Positions 23,401 to 36,937 of a stretch of 64,000 nucleotides of DNA are shown in pieces. Location of the stretch: contig OX597819.1 of the NCBI GenBank assembly GCA_951406725.2, positions 41,168,001 to 41,232,000 on the forward strand. Direction: 5' to 3'. A program made the translations under genes and the position numbers. The stretch comes from Octopus vulgaris. Lineage: Eukaryota. Position 1 is the first letter of the stretch, and every line of letters starts with the position of its first letter. The notes under the pieces are model-generated. The model saw only the letters and a list, made by a program, of their open reading frames with translations, was not told the origin of the DNA and did not search any database.

Positions 23401-24423
23401 CTAGATACACATATACATATCTATACACACACACACGCACATACACATACAGAAACATTATATATATATAACGTATGTATATATGTACATGTGCATCTGT
23501 GCATGTATATGTATATAGGATGTATGAATGTATGTATATATGTATAGGTGCATATATGCATATGTGTGTGTGAGAATAAATCAAAGTATACAGTATTAAA
23601 AATCTATTACAGCTGATCTTATGAACTCAGTATAGCTATTCCATTGACACATACACAAGTGCCTAATTTTCCTGACTAATGGATTCTTAGAGACAACGTA
23701 TGTATGTATTAATGTATCTATATAATTTGTATGTACAACAAGAAGTAGAAATGGTAAGAAATGAAATTTAATAGAAGAAAGAGAAGTGAGGGAGGAAAAG
23801 AAAATGTAGAGTGGTATTAGAAGAAGGAGAAATCAAAAATTGAATAAATAAATAAATAGAGAAAAAAACAGAGATTGGAAAAGATAAACAAATAAAAAAA
23901 AAGAGAGAAACAGAGAAGAAGAAAAAAAGAAGCAAAATCAAAGTGTCAAACCATTTATTATTTAATTAAAGATTTATAAGTAGTAATTTATCATTCTTCA
24001 TTTCTTTTACAAACAAGCATTCCTAAACATTTAAAACAGAAAAAAAAAAAAAAAATTGGAAAAAAAAGAACAAAAACAAAAACAAAACAAAAAACAGTCA
24101 CACCTCTTCTTAAACGCTGCCTCAGAGCCTACAGCACTTGTTTTCTTTTTTTTTCTTTCTTTTTTTTTTTTTAATCTCTGGCATACCATCAAACAAACTC
24201 TTCAAAAAATTCAACAAGTGATTGGAACAGAAAGTAAGATGCGGAGGTGGTGGTAGTGTCGGTGGTGGTGGTCATCATGGTGGTAATATTGGGGTGGGGA
24301 GAAAAAGTGGGTGGGTATATATAACTATAACGATGCATGATGGGGAATATAATATAAATAGTTTTTTTCTTTTTAATGCATGATATATATATATATAATA
24401 TAAATATATATACACATATATAT

Positions 24424-24469
<46 letters not shown>

Positions 24470-24622
24470 ATGTATATATGTGTATATATATATATATATA
24501 ATATATATAAATATGAGTTGTGTTTGTTTTGTTGTTGAATGAGAGACAAACGGATAGACAGATAGATAAACAGACAAATAGATGGATAGACTGACAGTGA
24601 ATGAAAGAAAGAGAGACAGAAG

Positions 24623-24664
<42 letters not shown>

Positions 24665-25227
24665 CAAGAAAGAGAGAGAGGGAGAAAGTGAAGAAATGAA
24701 GTGAAACGAAGTGGACATTACATAGAAAAAAAACATCTTTTTCTAAATAAAATGAAATGATCAGTTCTAATGCCATGGAAGAAAGAAAGAGACACATACA
24801 GTGACTGTTACTAGGGGGTGGGGGAGTCACCAGTCAGTACGATCGGAAAAAAAAAAAATCGAAATAAATAAAGACATTATTAATAACTAAAACAAAAAAA
24901 AAAAAAAAAAAAAGAGGACAATTGTTACTTATGTTCTCAAAATGAACACATTTTTTTTTGCTGATTGTGTAATGTGTGGAGTTTCTTTTTTTTTTTTAAA
25001 TTTTTTTTTTAAATTCAACCTTTTTATTTATTTTTTATTTATTTTTTAAAATTTTTATTCAACTTTTTATTGTGATAAATTATTTCTTGACAGACAGGAA
25101 TATGATAGTCGTGTGGTTGGTGAGTGTGTATATGTATATGCGTGTTTCTTTCTCGGTTCTTTTTTTTCTCATAAGTTCCACAAATAATATATACCCACAG
25201 TATCATATAATATACATGATGAAAAAG

Positions 25228-25258
<31 letters not shown>

Positions 25259-25966
25259 TATATATACATATATATATAGGCGTAGTGTGTATGTGTGTAT
25301 ATTTGTATGTATGTAAACTGTTTTCAGTGCACGTCATTATGTATAATATGATTATGATTCAAAGCAAATTGTCACAAGTTTTATGTTTCCATAAGGAAAT
25401 GAATATTTTTAAAAAAAGCAATAAAAAATTGATTTAGGATTATCTTAAAAAGGTGTTTTACTTTGTTGATTTCTTTCTTTCTTTTCTTTTTTTTTCTCAT
25501 ATTTTTGGGATATATTTTTTTTTCCAATTTTTTCTTTTTTTTCTTTTTCTTGAAGCAGTATTATCAAAATTTAAATTTACATTAGGATATTGGTTGGATT
25601 ATCTGCTCAACAGTTTGGGATTAAAACGTCTGTTTGATGTTTTGGGATTTTATATATGCCTATTATATTGGGGTTTGATGTTGAAAACTTAGGACATGAG
25701 TGAGTGTGGAAAGGGGTAAACAGGATATGGGAAGGGGGGAAATGACAAAATTTGGCCCCAATTTCAGTAAAGGAAAAGTAAATTTGAAGACCGAATGAAT
25801 TGGAAAGGAAATTTGTACAGTTCGGTCTTCTTGTGTTGCTATGGACACAGCAACTGCGGAAGAGGTTTTCTTTTTCTTTTTATTATTATTATTATTATTA
25901 TCTTTCTGGCAGTAGTGTGTGGTGGGCATGTTTGTGTATGCATATGTGTGATTGAATGTCAACAGT

Positions 25967-26135
25967 TCACCGTAAAAGTTCTTTTTGATTAGAGAGGATA
26001 AGTTCTGTAACTGTTTGCTCCAGCTTGACAGCCATAAGGCTAGCTGTGGCATCTGGTGATCTCATCAATGTTGGAGCAAATACTATGGCAAGATTCTCTG
26101 GACTCATCATGTTTTTACTTTGTTGTTCAATCACT
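25967..26135 (-). CDS. CHN1: Chimaerin last coding exon (VIEQQSKNMMSPENLAIVFAPTLMRSPDATASLMAVKLEQTVTELILSNQKELLR*)
   Basis: Acceptor aaacag|A, phase 2; TGA at 25967-25969. The 3' UTR continues leftward; its end cannot be determined. Confidence 0.94.
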
Positions 26136-26257
26136 CTGTTTGGTCAAGAGAGAAAGAAATAAAGAGAGATAACGTTAGATAATCATTAAACAGAATAAAC
26201 TCATTAACAGAATAAACAGAATAAAATCATTAAACAGAATAAACTTATATAATTCAG

Positions 26258-27045
26258 GCAGAGCTGTACAGTAACGAGTTTGTTTCCCGATCACATGGTT
26301 CCAGGTGATAACTTGGGCAAGTGTCTTCTACTAATGGCCTTGGGCCGATCATAGCCCTGTGGGGGGATTGGGCAGGCAGAAACTGAAAGAAGCCTGTCTT
26401 ATATATATGTGTGTGTATCCCATCTCAGTTTGACAACTGGTGTCAGTGTGCTTACATCTTCTGTAACTTAGCAGTTTGACAAAAGAAACCAACAGAATAA
26501 GTACAAGGCTTTAAGAAAAGAATAAACACTGGGGTCAATTTGTTTGACAAAAATTCCTCAAGGCGATGCCTCAGCATGGCCGCAGTTTAATGACTGAAAC
26601 AAGTAAAAGAATTCAGTTGAAAATACAATTACAATTTCACATAAGTTGATACTTATAATAATAACTGAATTAAGTTTCGGCTGAAGGCCTGCAATTTTAA
26701 GGGGAGGGTGTAAGCCAATAACATTGACCTTAGTGTTTAAATGGCATTTATTTTACAGACCCTGGAAGGATAAAAAGTAAAGCTAATCTCAGCTGAATTT
26801 GAACTGAGTGTAAAGAGCCGAGAGAAATGCCAGCAAGCATTTTGTCCGACATGCCAGCAATTTCAAAAGGAGGAGCTAAGTCAATTACATAGATCCCAGT
26901 ACTTAGCTTGGCATTATATTTTATCAAGCCCAGAGGGATGAAAGCCAAAGCTGACCTCAGTTGAATTTGAACTCAGAACATAAAGAGACGAAGAAATGCT
27001 ACTAAGCATTTTTGTTTTACATACTAATGATTCTGCCAGCTCACT
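26258..27045. mobile_element. Family B SINE (+) followed by a degenerate family A dimer (-)
   Basis: Core motifs as above; boundaries approximate. Confidence 0.7.
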
Positions 27046-27501
27046 ACATAAGATAATGATAATAATAATTAATTCTTTTTATTGGCCACAAGGGCTGACG
27101 AACATGTTGGAAAACATAAAGGGACAAAACAGGACGAAAGGTTACAAAAGGTTTTGTCCGTTTTTCGTGTGAACAAGCTTTACAACAACGAAAAAATTCA
27201 ACAAATGGTTTCAAACTCTGGTACAAAATACAAATACTAACACATTCTGAATGTTGTAAACCAAGAAATTAATGCAAAAAAAAAAAAAATTACAGTCATA
27301 ATGAAGAGAAAGAAAACCATTAGTGGTTCTGATAAAACTATTAATGATTAGTAGTTTTATCAGAACAAACATAATATAATGCATGAGCTAAAGAATTGAA
27401 TTAACGAATAGCGTATTTGTTGTGAATAAAAAATTACAAACAGAAAAAGGTAAGGGAGACAACTCCGATATTTAATAAAAATTAAATGTAATCAGGGAAG
27501 G

Positions 27502-27899
27502 GGATCTTTTCGGTTTGAACGGCAGTTTTTTTCTCGTGGTGTCATACGAAATTGTCACCTATAATTATGACCCTGTATTTCAATCTGTTTTAGGGTTAGG
27601 GTTAGGGGTGGGGGGAAGGGTATCTTTTTTTCTTCAGAAATAAACCCAATCTGTTTCTTAAAAGAGGGACATATTCATACGGCACAAAATGTTTTCACCT
27701 CAATAGACGTCATTGATTGGTTGAAATTGCAGAAATTGAAGAAAAAAAACAACAAATATCTTACAAACTATAGAATTTTCTCAATAAAGCCAAGAGAAAA
27801 AGATGTTTTATAAACACATTCTACCAGTATACGAAGTTTAAAAGTGTTTAGTTACGTGAAAATTATTTTAAAAAACTGCCGGTCAAACCGAAAAGATCC
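27502..27899. mobile_element. MITE with GGATCTTTTCGG TIRs and an 8-bp TSD (Merlin-like)
   Basis: TSD AGGGAAGG on both sides; second copy at 47202-47615. Superfamily inferred from GG termini plus 8-bp TSD. Confidence 0.85.
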
Positions 27900-28629
27900 A
27901 GGGAAGGAGCTTATACTGTCGGCAAGTGGGAAGAGTGAGTACGATCTCCTCTTGCATAATGTTTCTCTGAATGGTTACATATATCTGTGAGCATTCTGTA
28001 TATCCTATTTAATGTAGAAAGCCATAAAGCTGCAGTGTTCGTGTTGAGAAGGAATCTCCTATAGACATATAGTGCTAAAAAAGCACAGACGTGTGTTAGT
28101 AACAGATGTAAAGCATCCTGCAACAGTGATGATAGTGGAATTGCTAAATCTGGATTTGTGTGTTTGCACATGATCAGTAGCAAGTATCCACTGTCAAAAT
28201 CACAAGCTTAGATAAATTTAGCTTCTACTGATATAGAAAAACAGTGATTAACAAATTACTAGTGATACAAATTGCTAACAGACTAGGTATATATGTGTGA
28301 ATGTGTATGTGTCTGTAACGCCAGGTCATGACATCGTGTGACTGTTATAAATGAATGTCAGTAATTTCCAATATTCTACAAAAACATGTCTAGCCATGGA
28401 GAAATTATTACCTTACTTGAAAACAGGTAAGGGTTAGCAACAGAAAGAGCATCAGCCATAGAAAATCTGCCTCAATAAACTCTGTACAGCCCATGCAAAC
28501 ATGGAAAAGTGGATGTTAAGTGATGATGTATGTTTAATCCATATTTAATGTAATTATCAAATTTAGACATCAAAAATATTCCAGCACTCATTAACTGTAG
28601 GAAATAATAAACAGAAGAAATGAACTTAC

Positions 28630-28741
28630 CGATCTAGATGAGCCATTAAATATTTTAGAGTTTGGTAATGAGCTGGTTGTAACAAATGTAAAGCTTCTTT
28701 GATCATTTGCAGTTTTTCTTTTTCTTTCAACCCAGGTTTTT
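28630..28741 (-). CDS. CHN1: Chimaerin RhoGAP exon (QKPGLKEKEKLQMIKEALHLLQPAHYQTLKYLMAHLDR)
   Basis: Acceptor tttctag|AA, donor CG|gtaagt; 112 nt, phase 1-2. Confidence 0.94.
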
Positions 28742-30513
28742 CTAGAAATTAAACAGACAGCAGAATGATTAAACATTAAGCTATATATATATATTTCTTT
28801 TTTTTATTAATTTATCCAGGATAGCAAAGTCAACATTTTTTTCTCGTCCGGCTCTTGCTGTAGAGCCTGGTTTAATGTTGTTGTTTTTTTAGTTCTAGGT
28901 TGACTTCCCAACCATAATTATAAACTTCAATTTTTTAAATTATTTTTACTAGCATGGTGTATCTTGGATTACAATATTCAAAGATGTTCTTCCTCACAGA
29001 AAACTGTAGGCTGTGATTTGATAGAAATTTAGCTGCTATTTCAAAGAACTCTATGAACTGCTTAAAGGCCTTACTATTCAGCTTACCGAATAGTAGTGGC
29101 TGTTGCTGTTATTTAGCCCTATATCAGCTCTGAAAACATGCCTGCTCATAACTACTCCAACTTTCTGTAAATCTAGGACCACATTAACCAAAGCGTCCTT
29201 CATTTTTTGAAGACCGCGTGATGAAGTAAGACAGCTCTTATTTTAACCTTAGAGTCAGCCCTGACAGAAGAGACAGACCCATGATAAAATCCCATTCCAG
29301 CCAACACTGTACTGTATTTTCTTCAACAACGATATTAAACAACCAACATTAATAAATGTACTTTTCTATAAAGATTACACATGGTTTGAGAGATATTTGG
29401 CTACTATTTCTGATAGGTTGAGCAAAAGAAATACATTTTAACAATGAAAATTAATTTACTTCATCAATTAGTTAGGTAGAAGAACAGTGCCCATGACTCT
29501 TTCCAGAACCTCAAAGACTGACAAAAAAGGTGTTCTTAAACCTGAGACCTGCTCAAATACTTGCAACAGAGTGGATCCTTCTATTAAAGGCACCCTAACC
29601 ATTATGCGGTGGTGTTAAACCAGGCAGCAGAATTAACCAACCAATGACTTATGGCACAGTAGAATTTGAATTCACAATGCAAAAAGCCAGAATAAATACC
29701 ACAAGGATAATGTGCTGGTGTTGGTGCTAGTTAAAGGCTCTTGAAGCAGTAGATGTATTTTAATACATTGAGCTCATTCTGATAGTCAACACTGTTTGTT
29801 TTTTTTTGAAGTTCATTAAGCTTTTTAAAAAAATTTTCTTTAAAGGATTTTGAGATATTTTAAAAAAGCACTTTTCACCTTTCCTTGTCATGTTCTTAAC
29901 TTCTTTTAACTTTATTTAACTTCTTAATTTATTCAGTTACAGTATTTCATCTGCCACCTTTACCTTCCTAACCTCTCCTACTAACATTACCCTCTTGTCT
30001 TACTATGCTAAATATCACAAGGCATACCATTCAATGCCTAAATCTTTCTACCAGTCCACCCCCATTAGACTGGCACTTAGACCCCCCATTTGAAAGATCC
30101 TCACCTTGCAAGAAGGATAAAAGGCAAAACCAATCTTGGTGAGATTTGAAATCACAATACAAAGAGCCAGAATAGTTACAAGGCATCCCAGCTAACACTT
30201 TGATGAATCTGTTAATTTCTGGCCTCAAATTTGATCTAATTAAGTTATTGAAAGGACAGTCTAAGAAAGGTATGGGCAATCTTTTTTGAGAAGCAGAATG
30301 CATAAGACTTGGCTCATCATCAAACAAGGAACACTACTAAAAACATTCAAAGTTGTTTTTCATTGGCATATCATTCACAAAGTTTGGCAAGCTGCAATTT
30401 GCTCATAACTAATCGAAGAGAAAGCTGTGATGCCATTCAAACTAAGGTGGAACTAGAATGGATGCTGAAGAAAATGGCAATGATAATAAAGTAGTAAATG
30501 AAATAATACATAC

Positions 30514-30651
30514 GGACAGCCTCTAGTAGCTTTGGATATGATTCGAAAGAAATAAGTGGAATGGGCAGTAATCGGAAATATAATTTTAACACACTGGTCA
30601 GTGTGTTCACATCTTCAAGTCGTGATTCACTAATATCAGTATTTTCACCAT
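30514..30651 (-). CDS. CHN1: Chimaerin RhoGAP exon (DGENTDISESRLEDVNTLTSVLKLYFRLLPIPLISFESYPKLLEAV)
   Basis: Acceptor ttcccag|AT, donor C|gtatgt; 138 nt, phase 1-1. Confidence 0.94.
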
Positions 30652-30979
30652 CTGGGAAAGAAAGGTAAAAATAAAAAGAGAAAAAAAGAGAGGAAGAAAA
30701 AAATTAATTAGTATATATTTTAAACAATTTTACAAAATTTCCAATTTAAAAATATTTTACAGCCAAATGTCTTTTCTAATAACCATGACTTATCTGTATA
30801 TCAAGAATACCCAGTTTTTGACCAAACCTATGATGAATGGTATTCTACCCTTGTTTATATCATTTTATAGGTATATAAGATGACATTGTCTAACATGTCT
30901 TCTCCTTACTTATGATAGTATAAATGTAAATTGGGGAGATTTAGCTGCTACTTCTAATAGGCTGAATAACTATGTAAAC

Positions 30980-31329
30980 CAAGGGTTCTCAACCATTTTT
31001 TATCTATAGACCCCTTTGATTACTATTTTATTCTGGCAGACCCCCATAGCCATTCGATGTTTAAAAACTAGTTTTATAGAAGCTTCTTTCAAAATTCCTA
31101 TTTTGTTTTTCACACACTAACTTGTGTAGTTCGAACTATTTAAGATGTTAGAGAAAGAAACCTAGCTGTTTCTTGCAATACATACCAATAGATACATCTT
31201 AAGCAAAGTTTTTTTCAGGGACCCTTAAAATACTATTGTGGACCTTCAATTTACTATTTTGCTGTGTGGACTCCTAAAAATCTTATGTGAACCCACAGGA
31301 GCCATATGGACCCCAGTTTAGAACCATGG
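30980..31329. mobile_element. hAT-like MITE
   Basis: CAAGGGTTCTCAAC / GTTTAGAACCATGG ends and an 8-bp TSD ATGTAAAC. Confidence 0.72.
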
Positions 31330-32549
31330 ATGTAAACACTCCATTTACATGAAATACAATAGTTAAGTTAGTGTTAACATATTTAATGTAGTGAATATCA
31401 ACAAATATAATTAAAGATGATAAAAATTCTATTGCTCAATGATTATTATTATTATTTTAATATTTTCAGAAAAGACAGGAGACAACTTTTATTAGCCCTC
31501 CTCAGCAAAGCATAGGCTTCACCATATTTGCCAAAGTAAAGCGAGAAAGTCATTCATCATGTGGTCACCAAGCAAGAGCAGATCAAATATTCTATCTCTT
31601 TCTTAAGCCTTCAACTCCTTATGGAGCTGTACGAATGTCACTGAAGTATAATGTCTTGTGCATTTTAAATCTGGAAAGTCCATGACTTCATGTTCAAACA
31701 CAGTCAACCTCTTCCCAAAAGATGAAAGACAAAGTTGACCTTGGTAGGATTTGACCTCAGAGCATAGTTGGAACAAATACCACAAGGTATTGCAACTGAT
31801 GTTCTCTTCCAAGTCTTTACCTTAAATCAAATATATACTTGAAGGAATGCAAACACAGAGGACTTAAGCAGACACTCTAATAGCTACAGTAATATTAGAA
31901 AGAGCTATGTCCATAGAAATACTAAAATATTTGTAGAATTTAATGTCAATTTTACTCAATAAGATGTTAATGGAGAAGGAAACAAAACTCTAGTTATCTG
32001 CTGTGTGAGCGAGGACAGAAAATACATAGCTTAGTGGTTAGGGTGTTTGGCTCATGAACATAAGGTCAAAGATTAAATTCTTCAAACAAGCAGTGTTCTG
32101 TTCTTGAGCAAGGCACTTCATTTCACTTTGCTCCAATCAATTCAGTCGTAGTGATTTCCAGTAGTCTAGTGTTGGTGCAGCTCTCATTCCCTCTCTCTGT
32201 CACATTTTGGATATTTTGCTGAGTCAAGGGCGACAGTGCTGAGTCAGTGATTATGTCTCCTTGTAACTACACAGATACCTAAATATTTAGTGGAAGCATG
32301 GTACCATAGTGGATAACATATAAAAGGCACTTTCTAAAAAAAACATGAAATTTTGCAAAAAATTCGCCCTGGATCCTATATGCAAAGTTCAGCCACCCAT
32401 AAGCTAATTTTGTCCCTGACATTCACTACGACAGGCTAATTTTAAGCCAGATACTCTCTTCTAACTAACTTGAATCTATAATAATAATTTTTACTTAAAC
32501 AGTCTAATGATTGTAAATGCTGAAAGAATAAAAGAGAAATAATACTCAC

Positions 32550-32627
32550 CTCTATCAAATTCCATGCGAACTGCTTCTATGTCATCATGGAAACCTGCTA
32601 CTCTGTACATTCCTTCAAAATCTACAC
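32550..32627 (-). CDS. CHN1: Chimaerin exon with the arginine finger (GVDFEGMYRVAGFHDDIEAVRMEFDR)
   Basis: Acceptor ttatag|GT, donor G|gtgagt; 78 nt, phase 1-1. Confidence 0.95.
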
Positions 32628-33976
32628 CTATAATATTCAATAGCAAACAATACACATTAGTAATCAAATACAAAAGAGCTTAAAACTAGTGTTAATTAAT
32701 TTACATACATTTTATGGTCAATACTATGTAGTTAATAAGATGACATCATAACAGTTTCCATTCCTGGTGCAAGCTTTTACGCATCACTTTCATTGTTAAG
32801 GGCTTAGAAAAGTATGAATAGGGCTAAATTTCACTTATCTGTATTTTAAATCAGACAGTGTGTGTCAAAAAAAAAACAACCCAAAAGTTAAATATTATGT
32901 GTGTGTGCAAGTGTAAAATTTATTGACTGATATACATATAGGATCGACTAAAGGTGGTGCTCCAGCATGGCCACAGTCAAATGACTGAAACAAGTAAAAA
33001 AAAAATCATATATATATATGTATGTGTGTGTTGATATGTTGACTGTGAACTTGTAGATGAGTCTGAGCATCACTGACGAAGCAATGCCTGTGAAAAATTT
33101 TAGGTTCAATAAAGCTTGCACAATACTTCATAGAGCTTCACCATCCTGGACATGACCCAGAGACAAACCAGGGTAAGGTTTTAGTGCCAATATAGGTCAC
33201 AAGCTCAGGAATGTGATAGCACCAAGATCTCAAGCGTAAGCAAAAGATCCCCAAAATGTCCAATGCCATTCCTTATGTATCTGGTTTTATATCAGAGTGG
33301 CTTCCTAGAAACAAGCTTTAACAAAAGCTGAGGGGTGCCCCACTCCCAGTGATCTTCCAGCACACCGGACGTCAACCCAGAATTTCTGAGGGCCAGTGCT
33401 ATTGTTAGGTAGTCATTGAACCTACACTTTTAACAGGTCCTCTTTCTAGTCCAGCTGGATTTCTAGAAACCCTCCTCAACAGACAGCTTAGTGGGGATGC
33501 CAGTTTAGTTGTTGAAGACCCAACCATGCAACAATTTGTACTGGAATACATGTTACCAGTAGCACCCGTGAAAGACCTCACAAGTGACCTGACATTATAT
33601 ACATACACATATATAAGACGAACTGCCAAATCATAAGCATGCCTGACAAACTGCTTAGCAACATTTCTTCCAGCTTTGCATTCTGAGTTTAAATTCCAAG
33701 GTTAACTTTGCCTTTCAATCTTTAAGGGTCAATAAAATAGACATCGCTTGAGCACAGGGATTGATGGTATCGACTATACACACATACACCCATGCCAGCA
33801 TGGAAGGCAGACGTTAAACGATGATGTTGATGATATATATGCATGAATGGTTGAATAAACTTGATAAATAAGAAATAAGTGCAGCAATTTAATAACCAAA
33901 GGAAAGAAAAAAAATTCATCTAGTGTCTAGTGCAGAGGTAGTAAATTCAGAAAGTGTGTGTGTGTGTGTGTGTGTA

Positions 33977-34026
<50 letters not shown>

Positions 34027-34087
34027 ACGCCATGATAGATCGTTAGCGCCTACACGCATTTTTTTCTCTCCTTGTTTTTTTCTGTGT

Positions 34088-34127
34088 ATCTTTCTGTCGA
34101 AGAGCGTAGGCTCGAAACGTAAAAGAT
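34088..34127 (+). ncRNA. Variant minimal hammerhead motif in a (TA)n-embedded element (34023-34230)
   Basis: atcttt-CTGTCGA-a-gagc gtag gctc-GAAA-cg-TA-aaagat; perfect 6-bp stem I and 4-bp stem II. Confidence 0.55.
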
Positions 34128-34318
34128 TTGTTCTATTTCTATTCCTGAGCGCTATACAAATACATTTGTTTGTTTGTACTCCACCTGCCTTCGTCTTTTG
34201 TTTATTTTCATAAACCTTCCCATTATACATATATATATATATATATACACACACATGAAATAATCATTTTATTAAAGAGAAATTAAGAAAAAGAATGTTA
34301 AATTAATATTAGAATTAC

Positions 34319-34492
34319 CTCTGTGTTCAATTTCTTTGATACATTTTTCCACCACAATAGGAATTGGTGTATTTTGAGCTTTAACAACTGTTGTCAAATC
34401 GGCGCCAAACAGTCTTTTAACATATTTCATGTCCGGCATGCAGTCATTTGGGACTCTTTCAGAACACTTTTTATGTGCTTCAAACCCACAGT
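34319..34492 (-). CDS. CHN1: Chimaerin exon, C1 end and RhoGAP start (DCGFEAHKKCSERVPNDC...LFGADLTTVVKA...VEKCIKEIEHR)
   Basis: Acceptor ttacag|AC after a poly-T tract, donor G|gtaatt; 174 nt, phase 1-1. Confidence 0.96.
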
Positions 34493-34974
34493 CTGTAATT
34501 AAAGAAAAAAAAAAAAACAAAAAAAAAATATTATCAAAAATCAAAACAAATGTGCTCAAGGTACCATACAGTGTGATTGTACAAAACCATACAATCAATT
34601 GTGAAGCAAACTTCTTAGCCACACATCCGTATCATCTCAGAGGCTCCATACTAGACTTTCTGACAGGTCTTATTTTGCTAGCTGTTTCCTTTTCCAATGT
34701 GATTACAAATTGCCTGCTACTATATTAAGTTAATCACCACAGCCTGTTACTGGAACTTACCAGTGACGCCATGTATTCCCATTTGCATTTTTACAATGTT
34801 TCATAATTAAACTTTAATGTTTAGCACTCATGTTATTTAAATATCCACAAAAACCATGTCAAAGATACAAAATAAAAATATTTTCCCAAATTATGGAAAT
34901 GTACCACTGGTGGTGTGTATGGCAATTGTATGAAGTTTGTGATGAACCATTGGTGGTGCATGTGGCAATTAACA

Positions 34975-35338
34975 TCTCTATATATATAAACGGCAAAATG
35001 TCTGTGTGTGTGTGTCCTTTATACAAATCCACAATTTTTCATTTAGAGGGCTCGCACTTTCTATGGTCATTCAAAACCGTCCAAGGGTGGTCATGCACAT
35101 CTTTACATTTCCCCAGTCACCCCGCAAAGCCATTAAAAAATCAATACAAGTGACTTCTTTGTGAATTTTCTATCCAAAACCCAACCAAAATGCCCAAAAC
35201 TTGATATGCCAATTGAATGCCAGCTAGCTGTATGTGATTGGTCAGAGATTTGGACAGTACTTGCGTATATGTGCGCACGCACGCAGCTTTATATGCATGC
35301 ACTAGCATATGACCGGCGTTGCCAGGTCATAGTGCAAG
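34975..35338 (+). mobile_element. Non-autonomous Helitron-like element
   Basis: 5' TCTCTATATATATAAA start; 3' hairpin TATGACC-GGCGTTGCCA-GGTCATA followed by a CAAG (CTAG-like) end. Confidence 0.55.
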
Positions 35339-35379
35339 TGTTAATATATAAGTGGCTGTGCATTCTACAAATGTTTGTT

Positions 35380-35680
35380 TGTTTGTTCCTTCTCAAGCTA
35401 TGCCTGGCTCATAAGGGCCGGTTTCCCGGTTCCCTTGGCGTATAGGTTCCCCACATGGAAGGGACACCAGTCCGTTGCAGGTGAGCTACAAGATGCAGGA
35501 GGAAAGAGTGAGAGAAAGTTGTGGTGAAAGAGTCAACAGAAGTTCGCCATTACCTTCTGCTGGAGCCACGTGGAGCTTAGGTGTTTCGCTCATAAACACA
35601 CACATCGCCCGGTCTGAGATTTGAACCCGCGATCCCTCGACCACGAGTCCGCTGCTCTAACCACTAGGCCATGTGCCTCC
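35380..35680 (-). mobile_element. SINE family C (tRNA-like head GGAGGC.CA.TGGCC.AGTGGTTAG)
   Basis: A-box/B-box head shared with 41503-41807 (-) and 50346-50670 (+). Confidence 0.8.
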
Positions 35681-35847
35681 ACACAAATATACGTACCGTT
35701 AACATAATTCTTAGGCAGAATCAGCATGATAAGGTACATGACAACGCTGTACCATCCAAATCCCAGGTACAATCCAACCAACAAACTTCTATGTAGTTTT
35801 TGTCAATCCTATGATTTATACTATCCACCTAAAGCTGGATATAGCCT

Positions 35848-36063
35848 TTACCCTTTAGTGTTTAAACCGGCTATATCCGGCCCAAATATTCTACTCATTT
35901 TATGCTCAAACTGGCCAGAACCAGTATTGCACATTGTCATTCTAAAAATAAACAATTACATCTTTCAAATCTTGAAGCTACAAGATAATACCAGATTAAT
36001 TTTTTTTAATGTAAATGAATTAAGATTACTTTTGACATATTAATTTGAACGCTAAAGGGTTAA
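35848..36063. mobile_element. piggyBac-like MITE
   Basis: CCCTTTAG / CTAAAGGG ends flanked by TTTA/TTAA; sister copy at 41902-42476. Confidence 0.65.
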
Positions 36064-36169
36064 AGGGAGAACTTAATTTAACACTATAAGTTAGCAAAGC
36101 ATTTATAGCTTGTATCTTGTGTATTTTGTATTGTAACAGCTGAGCTATATAATATATATAATGTATAAT

Positions 36170-36560
36170 GAAATTATTGTATACAGTGCTCAGGTGCACC
36201 ACAGCTTGTCAAAAGTGAGTATAAAGTATATGCAGTAATGTACAAACGCCTGGAAAGCAAACAGTGTATGAGTCAGATACATGCTTGCGTGTGTATGGAG
36301 GGGGGAAAATCAGGTGTAGTGTTGGCGAATCTCAGGAAGCATGGAAGTTTTGAAGGATGCAGTGCTCCGACAACTAACAACTGATGCCGGCAGTCTGTTC
36401 CATGCTTCAGCAACTCTTAGCATGAAAAAATGCTTCCGAAAGTCATGGGGGTTGTGTTTCTTTCTGACTTTGTAAATGTGTCCACGGTTTTAAGACAGGT
36501 GGATTTGAAAAGGTGCTCAGTTTGAAAAGGTGCTCAGAGTTATTGTTTGTAAGATGGTAA
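36170..36560 (-). mobile_element. CR1-like LINE 3' fragment
   Basis: Homologous to 48025-48300 (-), 39118-39355 (-) and 57207-57600 (+). Confidence 0.8.
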
Positions 36561-36937
36561 GATGGTTTGTAAGATGGATATTGCTGTGGTGCAATATCTG
36601 GCAAGTTGATTTTACTGGACAACTGAATTAATTTTCACCAACAAATCAGTGACTAATATGCTACAGATCAACATGTGTACTCCCCGCTAATTGGTAGGAT
36701 TTGGTTTTTACATATGCTGCAACTAGATGATCATTCCATTCTACACATGTTGCTATATATGAAACAGATAATTTTAGATCCTTCAGCTAGTCTCAATGAA
36801 AGACAAGGCTTAATTAAACTGTGGTACCTTTTCACCTTTACCAAACTAACAACCCCGATTTATCAGGATTACAAACACACACACAGTGTTCCTATAGCCT
36901 TAAATTTATTCATTTCAGTAATTTTTCTCAAACATTA

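Noticed and set aside
25663-26052. 129-aa minus ORF
   Set aside because: Alternative frame overlapping the true last exon and the low-complexity 3' UTR
33073-33115. CTGACGAAGC...GTGAAA hammerhead-like relic
   Set aside because: Stems I and III cannot be formed convincingly
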